Shown here: piece after piece, positions 1-11,761 of the stretch | Position numbering within the stretch: the first letter of the stretch is position 1 | Layout of the letters: each line of letters begins with the position of its first letter | Source: Chiloscyllium plagiosum | Taxonomy: Eukaryota | Assembly: GCF_004010195.1 (NCBI RefSeq) | Contig: NC_057750.1 | Span: 10,894,601 to 10,919,785 of the forward strand | Direction: 5' to 3' | Length of the DNA stretch: 25,185 nucleotides | The notes under the pieces: model-generated | What the model was told of the DNA's origin: nothing | The model's input: the letters and a program-made list of their open reading frames with translations, nothing else | The model's database searches: none | Made by a program: the position numbers and the translations under genes

Positions 1-165
1 CACAGCAAGCTCCCACAAACAGCAGTAAGAGTGAGCAGATGATCTGTTTTGAGCTATTGGCCTAAAAAAACTAGGAGAACGTTCTTGCTGCTTCCTGAGA
101 ACATGCCATGGGATATTTTACATCACCTGAGATGGCAGATAAATCCTTGATTATTATATCTCACC
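1..165 (-). mobile_element. Deu-domain (SacSINE1/AmnSINE-like) SINE fragment
   Basis: cacagcaagctcccacaaacagc...tgccatgggatattttacatcacctgag, homologous to the 8050-8200 segment. Confidence 0.6.
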
Positions 166-261
166 CTCTGAGCCCCTTGTGCAGTGTGGAGAGTGCACCC
201 CATTGAGACTTGTTCTTTATATGAGACATTAAAATCAATGAAATCACTTCTGCATTGTACT

Positions 262-505
262 CCCATGCTGTACTTGGCCTGGGAGCATTTGGGGAACATT
301 GTAGAGAGCTTTCATCTATATCTAACCCCATGCTGTCCCTGACCATTGAGTGTTTGTTGGGGACAATATAGATGAAACTTTACCTTCAGTTTAAGAGAGG
401 AGTGGGTGCTTTATTCTGTATCTAACCCCATACTGTCCCTGTCCTGGGAGTGTTGAATGGAGATCATATTAGAGCAAGCTTTGCTCCTCATACTGTAACT
501 GTCCT
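262..505 (+). repeat. Degenerate ~70-bp shark-type satellite, about 3-4 units
   Basis: Recurrent ctgtatctaaccccatgctgtccctgtcctgggagtgtt...gagcttt motif. Confidence 0.75.
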
Positions 506-1217
506 AACAATTGTGAATGAGTTCACCCTCACCCACACTGACTTCACAGAAAATGGGTCAGAGTTTGTAGAATCAGGAAACCTCAGTCGTCCACTCTGAA
601 CAGAAGTGAAAATCACCGCCCCAAAACAGGCTTATATTCATCCCTTGAACAACATTGGATTAGAGTAGCCAGTCACTCACAGCCTAATGCGGTTTAAGGG
701 ATCTTCCTGTGGGTAACAAATGCCTCCATAACTACTCCCACCCCCACCAGATGGTTCAAAATATGCCACTGTCTATTGCATGCATCAGAAGACGTCAAGA
801 TTCACATACTCCCGCTCCTGCTTTCCCCCCATTTCTCCACGATATTCTTGAATGTTCCAGGAAGGTTGCTGTAATGAGGAGCTCTGGCTGCCGGTAAGCT
901 GCTGATCCAACTCAGAGATTCACTTGTGGTTTTTGAACAGACACGGAACAAATTCAGAAGCAGGAGGTGCCTCCCAATTAATGCTCCCAAATTATTTTGA
1001 AACTCCTGACTCCTCACGTAATGAGGGGCTTTCCAACATCACCCATTTCATTATCACAGACTATTTCTGCCACTTTCAACTCAGCTCCTGTATGTCTGCT
1101 ACTGGTTTCACTTATGAACTGAACCAACACTAGCAATATATTTTTCAAACAAATTTACTCTGCAAAATAATGGAGTGGCAGAGTGGATAGCATTTCAGTG
1201 TTGGACCGGGGTATCAA

Positions 1218-1260
1218 TATTAAACACTCCCAGGACAGGTACAGAATGGGATTAGACACA
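1218..1260 (-). repeat. Single reverse-oriented partial unit of the same satellite
   Basis: aaacactcccaggacaggtacagaatgggattagacaca. Confidence 0.6.
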
Positions 1261-1289
1261 TAGATGACAAATTAGATAACAAATGACAA

Positions 1290-1612
1290 TGATGTAGTAG
1301 TAATGTCATTGGGTTAGCATCAGATGCAGCTAATCTGTCTAATGTTCTGGGATCATGGGTTCAATTCCCACAATGGAGGATGGTGAAATTTGAACTTAAA
1401 TAAATGTGGAATAAATTGCTTAATGGCAATCATGAAATAAATGTTGATTGCTGTTAAAATCTCATCCATAGGGAAAGAAATTTTCCATTCTTATCTGGTT
1501 TGGCCTATATGCAACTCCAGATCCACAGGAATATGGTTGACTCTTAATTATCCTTTGGACTTGACAATAAATGCCAGCCTAGCTAGGTACGCCCACATCA
1601 CACGAATAAGTC
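1290..1612 (+). mobile_element. Old tRNA-derived SINE ('gtagtggtaatgtcactggactagtaatccaga' family)
   Basis: A-box/B-box-like head (gggttcaattccca), body ...ctccagatccacag...ggttgactcttaa..., tail gcccacatcacacgaataa. Related copies at 11762, 15637 and 17010. Confidence 0.7.
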
Positions 1613-1814
1613 AAAACAAATCATTGCTGGAATTTTGCAGTTTAAGTGTCAGCTGACTGAGCAGAAGACTATTAAAGGACCAGGATCTCACACCACAGAT
1701 TAAGGACTTGGTGTATTGGGTAGCAGTAGCATCCACTCTCTATATGTTTTAAACAACTTGGCCTTGGCAGAGCCCACCAGTGGCACTTTCACAGGTCTCT
1801 CCAAATACACCTTT

Positions 1815-2225
1815 CTCAGTATTGAGGCACCAATCAGGAAAGAATCAGCATCATTAGGTATTCTTAGGTCTGACACCATGGCTCCCAAAGCAACAAATCC
1901 ACTCAAAATTTGCTCTTGGAAGGAAACTCTCTGGAGGACAGCAGAAACACTTCAGGGACATGCTCAAAGGTTCCCTGAGGAGGACAAATATCCCCTCTTA
2001 CTCACAAGAGACCCTAGCTTGTGAATGAATGAAATGGAGAAGGTTCAACTGGGATGATCACAAAGACTTCATCAGGAACGGCAGAAGTGAAATGACTCCA
2101 AATGACTCACCTACCTGACTATATGTAGCAGAGTCTGCAGATCTCACGTTGGATTTAGCACCCATCTCAGAACCCAATCAACCAGACTGGAAGCAAGGCA
2201 TCCTTGATCCCATGGGCATGGACCT
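1815..2225 (+). mobile_element. RTE-clade LINE 3' fragment (decayed)
   Basis: Hand translation gives SIEA..., KLSGGQQKHFRDMLKGSLRRTNIP and VCRSHVGFSTHLRT, which resemble the RTE ORF C-terminus and its zinc-finger-like end. Followed by an RTE-like tail ggaagcaaggcatccttgatcc. Confidence 0.7.
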
Positions 2226-2407
2226 GTCTGCCACATATCTGTCCTCCTCACCCTATAAAATACCAGTTTAGGTCATAGTGCCCTTACTATGCAGCGTATT
2301 CAATTAATAGACTAGTGCAATCCTTGCACTTGCTGTCTGTGGACAGTATTTTGTTCATGTTGAAGAAAAACACATTCAGCTTTCAATCTTATGTTTCGTG
2401 TTTGCAA

Positions 2408-2787
2408 CAGGACTGGGAGTCCCAACACTGACTGTGTGTTTGACAGGACTGAGTGACCTGACACTGATTGTGTCTAGTAGGATTGAGTGTCCCAGCATTG
2501 ACTACCGTGTGTGAGACAGGACTGGGGGTACAATTCTGACCACATATGTGACATAGTATTGGGTGTCCCACTGACTGTATGTGTATAAGGCTGAGTGTCC
2601 CAGCATTGACTGTTCGTGTGTAATAGAGAACTGATTGTTCCCACACTGATGGCGTGTGTGTGTGAATGTATGAAAAACAGGTCTAAATGGCACAGCACTA
2701 GCTATGCGTGTAAAAAGGACTGAGTGTCACAGCACTGTTTGTGGGTGTGTTTAAAAAAAACAGGACTGAGTGTCATAGCACTGACCA
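2408..2787 (+). repeat. Minisatellite, ~10 units of roughly 32-50 bp with core caggactgagtgtcccagcactgac and GT-rich variable tails
   Basis: Core seen repeatedly, e.g. at 2408, 2444, 2478, 2517, ~2588, ~2716 and 2761. Confidence 0.85.
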
Positions 2788-3102
2788 TCTATGTAGCATC
2801 CGGAAAGTGAATATCAAACTATCAGTAAAAACTTATTTTCTTCAAGAGTACACATTAATTAAATACAAACAAATAAAGGGAAAAGGTTGTATGTTGTTAA
2901 TCATAATGAATCAAGGGCTTCAAGATACATTCTATGTACGAGAGGGATCGGCTCGCTTAGAAAGTTAACATACAGGAGGGATTGGCTTGGCTGGTTCAGT
3001 GACCTTGCAGTACATTGTTTCGTGGTTCCTTTTCCGTTGTCAATTGATTTGCTGTTGATAAATGTGATTAATGTCCATGGTCACTTTGGAAACCATACAG
3101 CA

Positions 3103-3650
3103 ACATCAAACGCTCTCAAGGGCAGCAATAGCTCAGGGTTAGATATAGAGTAAATCTCCCTTTACACTGTCCTCATTAAACACTCTCTCGGCAGCAGCAG
3201 CACTGGGTTAGGTACAGGCTAAAGTACTCTCTACTCTTTTAAACTCAAAGTAAACTGATAGTAAAGCTCCCTCAAAAGTGTTGGCCTCAAATACTCCCAA
3301 GACAGGCACAGCACAGAGTAAAAGTTGTTCAACATTTTTAAATGAAAAGTAAACCTCCCTCCTCACCGTCACCATCACCCATTCCCAGGACTGGTGAGCC
3401 CGGGGTCAGGTCAGTACAGGGCTAGATACAGAGTAGAGCTCCCTCTACTCTTTTAAACCATCAAACATTCAGAGGATAGGGACTGCATGGGATTAGATTT
3501 GGAATAAAGAGTCCTCTACTCTTTTTAACTGAAAGCAAAGCTCCTTCAACACTGTCCTTATCAAATACTCAGTAAACTTTCAAAGGAAAATTTCCACGAC
3601 ATCGTCTCCATCAAACATACCCAGCTTAGGGTCAGTGCATGTTCAGATGC
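3103..3650 (-). repeat. Degenerate ~70-bp shark-type satellite array in reverse orientation
   Basis: Recurrent catcaaacactccca...gggttagatacagagtaaagctccctctac; reverse complement of the 262-505 unit. Confidence 0.75.
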
Positions 3651-3762
3651 GGTTCCAGAAATTTATCTCAACCTCAGAAAAGTATCTTCTGATGTGCAAG
3701 TGAAGCAATTTTTCATTTCTTTAACTTACCATCCTCCAATTCTTCAACTTCTAGTCCATTTT

Positions 3763-4242
3763 AGAGGTTCATTAGATTAGTTTTAGAGATGGAAAGATTG
3801 ACCTTTGAGGAGAAATTGAGCAGTTTAGGTCTGTACTTGCCAGGGTTTAGAAGAATGTGAGGAGATATAATTGAGGTGTATAAGGTGCTTAAAGGGACTG
3901 ACAAAGTAAGTGCAGAATGATGTTTCCTCTTGTAGGAATATCTTGAACAAGACGTCATATTTTTCCGCTAAGGGATGGCAGATTTAAAACAGGAATTACT
4001 TCTCTCAAAGTGTCATGAATGTCCGGAATTCACTACCACAAAGCATGGTAGATACGGAATTGTGAATAAATTTGATGAGGAAATATACAGATGTTTAATT
4101 AGTTACAGGTTAAAGGGTTATGGGAGAGGGCAGGAAAATGGAGTTGAGGCCAAGATGAGCTCAGCCATTATCATATTAATTGGGGAAGCAGGCTCAAGAG
4201 GCTGAAATTGTCTACTCCTGCACCTAGACCTAATGATCTTAA
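3763..4242 (+). mobile_element. CR1-type LINE 3' end (decayed)
   Basis: Remnant of the ORF2 C-terminus (MERLTFEEKLSSLGLYLPGFRRM*GDIIEVYKVLKGTDKV) plus a typical 3'UTR ending ctactcctgcacctag. Confidence 0.8.
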
Positions 4243-4368
4243 TAGAGTCATGTGGATAGAAATAAGGGCAACTAAATTCTGTTGCAGACTAACAGCAACT
4301 GAAAAGTGAGTATCAATTGCACCAGACTCATCAGAAGTTTGTAATTAAACAGCAAGAAGCTTTTTTTT

Positions 4369-4675
4369 ATTAGATTACTTACAGTGTGGAAACAGGCCCT
4401 TTGGGCCAGCAAGTCCACACCAATCCGCCGAAGCGCAACTCGCCCAGACCCATTCCCCTACATTTACTCCTTCACCTAACACTACGGGCAATTTAGCATG
4501 GCCAATTCACCTAACCTGCACATTTTTGGACTGTGGGAGGAAACCAGAGCACCTGGAGGAAACCCACGCAGACACGGGGAGAATGTGTAAACTCCACACA
4601 GTCAGTCGCCTGAGGCGGGAATTGAACCTGGGTCTCTGGCGCTGTGAGGCAGCAGTGCTAACCACTGTGCCGCCC
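4369..4675 (-). mobile_element. HE1-like V-SINE, near full length
   Basis: Minus strand: tRNA head gggcggcacagtggttagcactgctgcctcacagcgcc...ggttcaattcc, V-domain tgtgtggagtttacacattctccccgtgtctgcgtgggtttcctcc, and tail ending taatctaat. Confidence 0.9.
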
Positions 4676-5524
4676 GTCATCAATTTTGCTCATCAGTCTA
4701 CACTGAAATGGAATATCACCCTGTTATTCAAAAAGGCCATGAGTCTTTGGAAACACAATATGGAGATGCCCTCTGTCCTCATTTTATTTTCCAAACCATA
4801 TTAACAAATGTTACATTATTTTGCCTAGAGACAAGCATCATTTGGAACATACAGTCAGCAGCATTTCAAGCCTTTATAACCGGTGCTTTGGATTGAATGT
4901 TCAACTTGTAGCATCGGCATTTGAGTAAATCTGACTCCAGAGGCATAGGCCATTGCCCACAGAATTACCAAACCTTACCCAGTCTACAATCTAGGCTGAC
5001 TCCTTGAAAACTAATTTTTCCCCATATTACCAGTAGATCAACTCAGGCATTATTCACAGGTAACAGTATATCCTGTGACTCACCACATAACAAATGGAGG
5101 TGTTAACAAGTAAACTGGGAGTGTTACTTGAGAGATTGTGACAGTGACAGGAAGCGTGAGACAATACAGGAAGGAGCGTGTGCAATATACAATATTTTTA
5201 ATATATTATAGATAGCTGGAGAAAATCAAGTCGTGTAAGAAGGCCAAGCACGCAAGGCAGCAACAAGGGCATGAAATGAGCAAAAGACAGAATGCTTGAA
5301 TCAGCCGTTAGCTATTTGCATTTCATGCTCTTAATATTGACAAATGCCCCTTGGCATTTCACAAAAGCATAATCAGTCAGATATCTTCTGACAGTCCCTT
5401 CATACGAGGAAGAGGCATGCTACAGAGTGCAGCCTACAATAAGCATTTACAGTAGAGTCTTTTAACGTGAGGTAGTTTTTACACAGCGGCTACAACACGA
5501 TTATGACTAACCAGGAAACTCTCC

Positions 5525-5717
5525 AGAGGTAAAAACAATGACTGCAGATGCTGGAAACCAGATTCTGGATTAGTGGTGCTGGAAGAGCACAGCAGTTCAG
5601 GCAGCATCCAAGGAGCAGTGAAATCGACGTTTTGGGCAAAAGTCCTTCATCAGGAATAAAGGCAGAGAGCCTGAAGCGTGGAGAGATAAGCTAGAGGAGG
5701 GTGGGGGTGGGGAGAAA
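5525..5717 (-). mobile_element. Penelope-derived terminal repeat fragment with a mutated hammerhead motif
   Basis: Minus strand attcCTGATGAaggacttttgcccAAAAcgtcgattt...ggatgctgcctgaactgctgtgctcttccagcacc...ccagcatctgcagtcattg. Confidence 0.75.
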
Positions 5718-5789
5718 TCTGCCATTAATGCATCAGAACAATTTGCAGCTTGTTAACCAATCTGTTTGGCCCCAACTAGAACATACTTT

Positions 5790-6000
5790 CCGAGGGCACC
5801 AAGTCCTGGAGTGGGACTCGATTCTTACATCTCTGGCACAGAGTTGGGGTCCTTACCCACTGCACCATAAGAGGTCTAGTCCAATAAACTGACAGTAAGC
5901 TAAAGGGGGAGATATTAGGACAAGTGATCATGAGCTTAGTCAGAGAGGTGGGATTTAAGGAGCCCTTCAAATGTGGAAAGTGAGGTGGAATTTCTAAGGC
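5790..6000 (-). mobile_element. tRNA-SINE head fragment followed by an L2-like 3' fragment
   Basis: ggagtgggactcgattc...cccactgcacca is a reverse tRNA-like head; gagatattaggacaagtgatcatgagcttagtcagagaggtgggatttaaggag is an L2-type 3' segment that recurs near 22040 and 22920. Confidence 0.5.
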
Positions 6001-6402
6001 CGTATTATTAGTTAGATGCCACCAAACATAGGTTTGAAAAATCTGATAAAACCATGCAACTCAAGTTCAACACAGGACACAAGAACCAGCATCAACTTAT
6101 TAGAAGGAGCGGGTGGAGAATGCATGAATTGAGAGGAATGGCTGGAATCATTGTAAACATTTTCCAAAAACAGTAATCAGAAAGCCAGCAGCTAAAACTG
6201 TAGATACTCCAGAGCAAAACTTAGTTCTGCATGCTCTAAACAGCCATCCATTTCGAGATTTTCCCCAGTGTGATCATTGCATTCCCACATGTTTGGCTAA
6301 AACAAGTGCTAACTTCAGGGCAGCTGCAAGGTATACAGCTGCTATATGTAACCCGTGCACCACCTACAGTTTGTGCTGTTAAAATGCTGGGAACCAAATA
6401 CT

Positions 6403-6980
6403 AGAACATAAGAGAGTAGTAGACCATTTGACTGCCAAGCTTGCTTCCCCATTCAATACAATCGGGCTGATATTGTCTTCAATTTCACATTCCCACATTC
6501 CCATTATATTATCCATGCATGGCATGTGGGTATTGCTTGATAGGTCAGCATTTCTTGTCCACTACAATTTGCCCCAGAGAGGTTGGCAATGAATCACATT
6601 CCAGTTTGTGTAGCTTATTGACACCTACAGTGCAGTTAAAGAGAGTATTGCAGTATTTTGATCCAGAGTCAGTGAAGAACAGCAATTACATTTACAAATT
6701 ATTATGGTACGTAGCTTAGAGGGGAACTTATAGGTGCTTGTGTTCCCATGTATCAGCTGCCCTTCTAAAACGGCATTAAGTGCAGGTTTGGAAGGTATCG
6801 TTGAAGGATCCTCAAAAGGGATCCTTAGAGAGAACAAAAATCTCACCATTCCATAAATAATGACATCCTCAGCTTAGGTCTACCTTCCCCCCCTCTCCCC
6901 ATATCCCTTGGTTCCATGAGAGGCCAAAGATTCACAACCCTCTGAATGAAGGAATTTCTCCTCACCTCAGTGCTAAAGAG
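6403..6980 (-). mobile_element. Mosaic of decayed CR1-like LINE 3' fragments
   Basis: gaacataaga...ccattcaatacaatc tail; gaggggaacttataggtgcttgtgttcccatg segment; cacaaccctctgaatgaaggaatttctcctcacctcag. Confidence 0.6.
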
Positions 6981-7136
6981 AACAGTCTCTCAGTGCATAC
7001 TCTGTTGAGACCCATCAGAATTTGAAACAGAGACTAGACTGACCAGAATCTGAGATAAAATGCAACTCCATGATATAGAGAAACCTTTCCACATGACTCT
7101 AACACGAGGCAAGGGTACATTTACAGCAATGGCTGT

Positions 7137-7473
7137 GGGACGGCACAATGGCTCAGTGGTTAACACTACTGCCTCACAACCCCAGTGACCTGGATTTGAT
7201 TCCAGCCTTGGACTATTGTCTGTAAGGAGTTTGCACATTCTCCCCACGTCTGCATGGGTTTCCTCCAGGTGCTCTAGTTGGCTCCCAAAGTCCAAGATAT
7301 GCAGGTTAGGTGGACTGGCCATGCTAAATTGCCTATGTTAACCATGGATGTGCAGGCCAGGTAGGTTAGCTAAGGGAAATACAGGGTTATAGGGATGGGG
7401 TAGGATGCTCTTTGGAGGTTCAGTGTCGACTTGATGGACTGAAGAGCCTGCTTCCTACTGTAAGGATTCTATG
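7137..7473 (+). mobile_element. HE1-like V-SINE, older subfamily with gattctatga tail
   Basis: Head gggacggcacaatggctcagtggttaacactactgcctcac; V-domain gagtttgcacattctccccacgtctgcatgggtttcctcc. Confidence 0.85.
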
Positions 7474-7859
7474 AAAAATAGAGGGCAAGAACAGTAATAG
7501 CTCAAAGTGGGCTACAAACAGAAATACAACATTCCAACAGCAACTATGTTTCAAAAAGTTACTTCATTGATTTGTTTCTCTTGTAACTTGTATAAGAGGT
7601 ACATTATTACCACTGCAAAGAGTGCAAATACAGACGGGTAAGTGCAGGTCGCTTTCTGCATGCAGTATTTGGAAACGGCATGTTATAGAAAGGGGCTAAA
7701 ATCCAGTTAGTGATTCGCAATGCACACTGATTTGTGGTGTGTGACTGCCCCCTTGTGTGCCATTGGACTTCCTGCATCAAAATCGCAGGGAGTAAAACAA
7801 AGGACTTGGTTTTTCTAGATATTTTACTAATTAGCCCATTCAGAAATGTTACTAAAGCA

Positions 7860-8275
7860 GGGGTGACACTTGAACCCAGGGCTCCTAGCTCAGAAGTAGA
7901 GACACAGTGACTGCACCACAAGAACCCCAGCAGGACTTGCATTTCTATTGTGCTTTTTGTAAATCACTATGTCCCAAAGAGCTTTACAGCTAATAAAGTA
8001 CTTTAGAAGTATAGTCACTGTTGTAATGTAGGAAATACTGCAGTCAATATGCACACAAGCTCCCACAAACAGTAGTATAATAATGATGAGATATTTTGGT
8101 TTTGGGATGTTGATTGAGGAATAACTATTTGCCATGACATTGGAGGTAACCCCCAGCTCCTCTTTGAAATAATGCCTTGGGATCTTTTACATCCTTTTGG
8201 CTTAACATCTCATTCAAAATATGGCACCTGTAACAGTACAGCAGTATGGCACTGGATTATCAGTACAGATTTTGG
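7860..8275 (-). mobile_element. tRNA-SINE head (7860-7925) plus Deu-domain SINE (7935-8275)
   Basis: acttgcatttctat...agctttacagctaataaagtactttagaagtatagtcactgttgtaatgtaggaaa...cacaagctcccacaaac is the reverse of the Deu core and tail. Confidence 0.7.
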
Positions 8276-8454
8276 CTCTGAAGAACTGGATTGGTGAACG
8301 CACCTAACAGGTGATTGCTAAACAAATCCGGTAGAATTAAAAACAGGGAGAGGTGTAAAGTGGGCTGCTGAGTTGCTATCACACAGAGTCAAGTTCTCCC
8401 AGAACAGGTATAACTCAAGTTTGATGAACATTCATACTCCTACACAGACTAAAA

Positions 8455-8997
8455 TTCACCTGGAGTATTGCAATAATCCTTGAGTAGGGATATAATTGCA
8501 CTGGGAGCAGTTCAGAGATGATTCACTAGATTGTCTTATTTTTAATTTGTGGAATGTGGGCACCATAGACTGGGTAACATTTATTTCCCTTTCCCCATTG
8601 CTCTTGTGAAGAGAGATTGGGCAGTTTAGGCCTATATTTAAAAGAATGAGAGGTCTAATTGAGATATACCAGATACTAAAGGGAAGTAGATATGGAGAGG
8701 ATTTTTTCTCATGAGTCTAGAATGAGAGGACATAATTTTCAGGATAAGGGGTAACAGATTTATAACATAGAAGAGAAGAAATTACTTCTCTCAAAGGGTT
8801 GTCAGTCTGTGGAATTCACTACCCCAAGATGCTGGATATTGAATACATTTAAGGAGGAAATAGAAAGATTTTAAATTAGTAATGGGTTGAAGGGTTATGG
8901 GAAGCGGGCACAAAAGTGGAATTAAAGCTGAAGTGAGATCAACTGACAGAGCCAGAGGGATTGAATTACCTACACCTGGTCCTAGTTCTTATGTTCT
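8455..8997 (+). mobile_element. CR1-type LINE 3' fragment with a small inserted SINE/LINE-tail piece (~8540-8610)
   Basis: cacctggagtattg...gcagttcagagatgattcactagattg; aagaatgagaggtctaattgagatatacc; tail cctagttcttatgttct. Confidence 0.75.
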
Positions 8998-9264
8998 GTA
9001 CACAATATTCTGCTATTAGCACAACTTGTTGTATCTTTGAGACTTTCCATTTCAAAAATGAGGACACTAATTGATCTTGCATTAAAGAGGTAATTTCACA
9101 CAACACACCTACCACTAAGCAGGAACTATTGTCAAACTTCCTACCATGTTTACTTATTACCAGCAGAGTGAAGTTTCCAAATCATCAGTCTGAACCATGT
9201 TCAAAAAGGGACAGCAGATTTAAGAAATTAATTTTTCAATAAGTTTTAAAAATTAATCGATTGA

Positions 9265-9270
9265 TTTATT
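9265..9270 (-). other. Candidate polyadenylation signal (AATAAA) of B9D2, implying an ~1.15-kb 3'UTR
   Basis: First canonical AATAAA I could find on the minus strand downstream of the stop codon (plus-strand tttatt), in an AT-rich context. Confidence 0.5.
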
Positions 9271-9503
9271 GGCTTGAGTTATATAAAATGCACATTGCTC
9301 TTTCAATAAGTTAGTTTTGCAGTCGAAGCAGAATAATACATTTCTGTTCAGAAAAGCTTTATAGTATCATGTAATCAAAGATAATTAATCAGCTTCCTAA
9401 GACACATATGGAGACTTATTTGGGTGTTAGTTTGGAACAGGCAATAGTCAGTCATTTTACATCAGTTCCATATTTACTCCCCATTGCAATCCATTCCATA
9501 GAT

Positions 9504-9732
9504 GCTGACACTTACTGGGCTACAGTTCCTGAAGGTGCTGGCTCTCACTGGAGGACAGTTCCTGAAGGGGCTGACTCTCATTGGGATACAGTTCACAAAG
9601 GGGCTGGCTCTCACGGGGAGACAGTTACTGAAGGGGCTGGCTCTCATTGGGATGTTAATCCTGAAGGGATTGACTCTCACTAGGATGAATGATCCTGAAG
9701 AAGCTGGCTCTCACTGGGGGACAGTTTCTGAA
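9504..9732 (+). repeat. 33-bp minisatellite, 7 units
   Basis: Consensus gctggctctcactgggNNacagttcctgaaggg; units start at 9504, 9537, 9570, 9603, 9636, 9669 and 9703. Confidence 0.92.
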
Positions 9733-10404
9733 TGATGTCAGAATAATGAATAACTAAATAATTTGACCAAAGAAGGATTCAAACCCACAACCTCTTACCC
9801 ATTCCACTGTCTTTGCTTGGACATTCTTCAAGTAGAGACGATTGCCAGTAATCCCGAAAAGAACTGTTAGCCCCCATCCCCACACTAAACCCCTTAACCC
9901 AGCGGTAACCATACCACACAAGCTATGGTCCCTCTCAATATCAGCAATCAAACACAGGCTCTGCATGGAGCTTGACATTCCAGTCTGCATAGCTGACAAA
10001 TCGCCATCTCTGCTTTCATAAAATCACAGGATTAAGACTTCACCATCACTGTCCACATTTTAAAAGTGACATCTTCCAAATATATAAACTTGATGTGCTG
10101 CAGCACGAAGTGTATCCAATGGGAAAAACACCAACACAATGTTACCATGCAAGTCAGTCATCAGGTTGGAATGATAACCGACATCAAGCCCACATTGGGA
10201 AGATATACAGACAATTCCTGTTTATAAATGCAGGGAGAAAAGACTAAGCTGGAGCCTGACAAATATGTGCAACAGGAATTCTGCATGCAGTCCAAGGTGA
10301 CAGAAACTTCTGGAAGGCATGAGGAAAGAGGTGGAAAAAGTCAGAGAGAGGACTGAAGATCACCAGTCACCGTTCACCACGAAGTCTGTCCCTTGACAAT
10401 CCAT

Positions 10405-10718
10405 TCAGTACTCCACACCATACTGGTCAAAATTACGGAGAATGATGCTGAGCTGGAGGTGGACCTTGCCCATGGCCATGGTTTGGAGTCGATAGCGGTC
10501 AGCCCCGGTGTAAATGAGGTCACTATGTTTCAGCTGGGGACCGCCGCCCACAAACATCTGGGAGAGCTGTTCCTGCCAGGTGCCCAGGGGCCGCCAGGTG
10601 ACGCACTGGATATCGTGAGTACCTGGGCTGCTGGGGATGTGGCAGAAACCATAGCCACACAGCTCGTTCCTGCCAAATGAATCCTGGTGCCAGACCTGCA
10701 TGTACAGTTTGGGCCAGC
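10405..10718 (-). CDS. B9D2: B9D2 last coding exon (314 nt including TGA)
   Basis: Encodes (G)[32 protein letters not shown]...GGGPQL...GADRYRL...[11 protein letters not shown]. Acceptor cttttgcaccag|. The three exons sum to 528 nt = 175 aa + stop. Confidence 0.97.
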
Positions 10719-10911
10719 CTGGTGCAAAAGATAGGGACAGAATGAGTTTGATTTGCTGGTTGGAGGCAAGAATTGTTATTACTGCTGTGAAGGCATGACT
10801 TCCCCTTCTTCCTTTCCCAATTTACAAAGATACAAGCCAAATGTACTGGACACCCTTTGTACCCACAGTCAGGAAACCATTCCGCCACGATTAGGAGAAT
10901 CGCATTCAATC

Positions 10912-11325
10912 ACATATGATGTAGGAGCAAGACGGGGCTATTTGGACCTCAAACCTGCCTCATCTTTCAGTAAGATCATGACTAATATTCTATTTTCCCA
11001 CCCAAACCCTAAATCTGTCAGGTCTTCGAGTGCCCAAAATTCTATCATTTCTGTCCCAAATACACTGATGAACCAAGGTGCCACAATCCTCGGCCAAAGA
11101 GAAATGCCAAGGAGTTCAAACCTCCAAGAGTGGAAATATCTCCTCATCTCAGTCCAAAATGGCTAACCCTCAATCTAAGACCATGACCCGTAGTTCTAAA
11201 TTCATCACAGTAGGGAAAAAATTGGCTTCTTGGATGCGGTCCTAGAGTTTTAGATGTTCCAATGAGATAATTTCTCATTTCTCTAAATTCCAGAGAACAC
11301 AGGGCCAATCTACCTGACATTTCAG
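10912..11325 (-). mobile_element. CR1-type LINE 3' end (decayed), in the last B9D2 intron
   Basis: catatgatgtaggagcaaga tail; tctcctcatctcagtccaaaatgg; tctcatttctctaaattccagagaacacagg. Confidence 0.7.
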
Positions 11326-11761
11326 CAGAGAATGTGGAGGATGGTGATCAGCAGCAGGCCCAGGCTGATTTTTCAACCCTGGGCACTGAAGTCAACTGCA
11401 GCAGGTCCAACTGACAAAATGGGTGACCCACACACACAAGAAGATCAGACCTTGAGAGTCACGAATCCTCTGGGCCTGGATGGCTCAGTTACTTGCTAAA
11501 AAAAAACTACACAGACACCAGCAGAACCAGATTTTCAAAAAGTGATGATATTGGAAACTGAAACAAAAATGGAGAGACCATACTGAAAGCAGGGTGTGGG
11601 AATGACGGACCTTACAAAGCTGAAGCTGAAACGTAGAATGCCAGACACACTCAGTACATTATGCAGCATCTAAAAGAGACACTGCCATTTTGGACACGAC
11701 CTTTGCAGTACCAGACGCTTGCACCTCATCAGGATATCAACTTGAACAGAACAGATGAGAC

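Noticed and set aside
2111..2252. Minus-strand exon with an apparent acceptor and a gtgagt donor
   Set aside because: Stops in all three frames, and it lies largely within the antisense of an RTE LINE remnant.
2408..2787. CRISPR array
   Set aside because: Eukaryotic context, degenerate repeats, short low-complexity GT spacers related to each other, and no cas genes.
1..9250. TGFB1 first exon expected downstream of B9D2 from human synteny
   Set aside because: No signal peptide or 'RIEAIRGQILSKL'-type coding sequence was found by eye in the window.
10393..10909. Overlapping ORFs (10393+, 10523-, 10530-) around the last B9D2 exon
   Set aside because: Shadow or alternative frames of a GC-rich real exon; no recognisable product.
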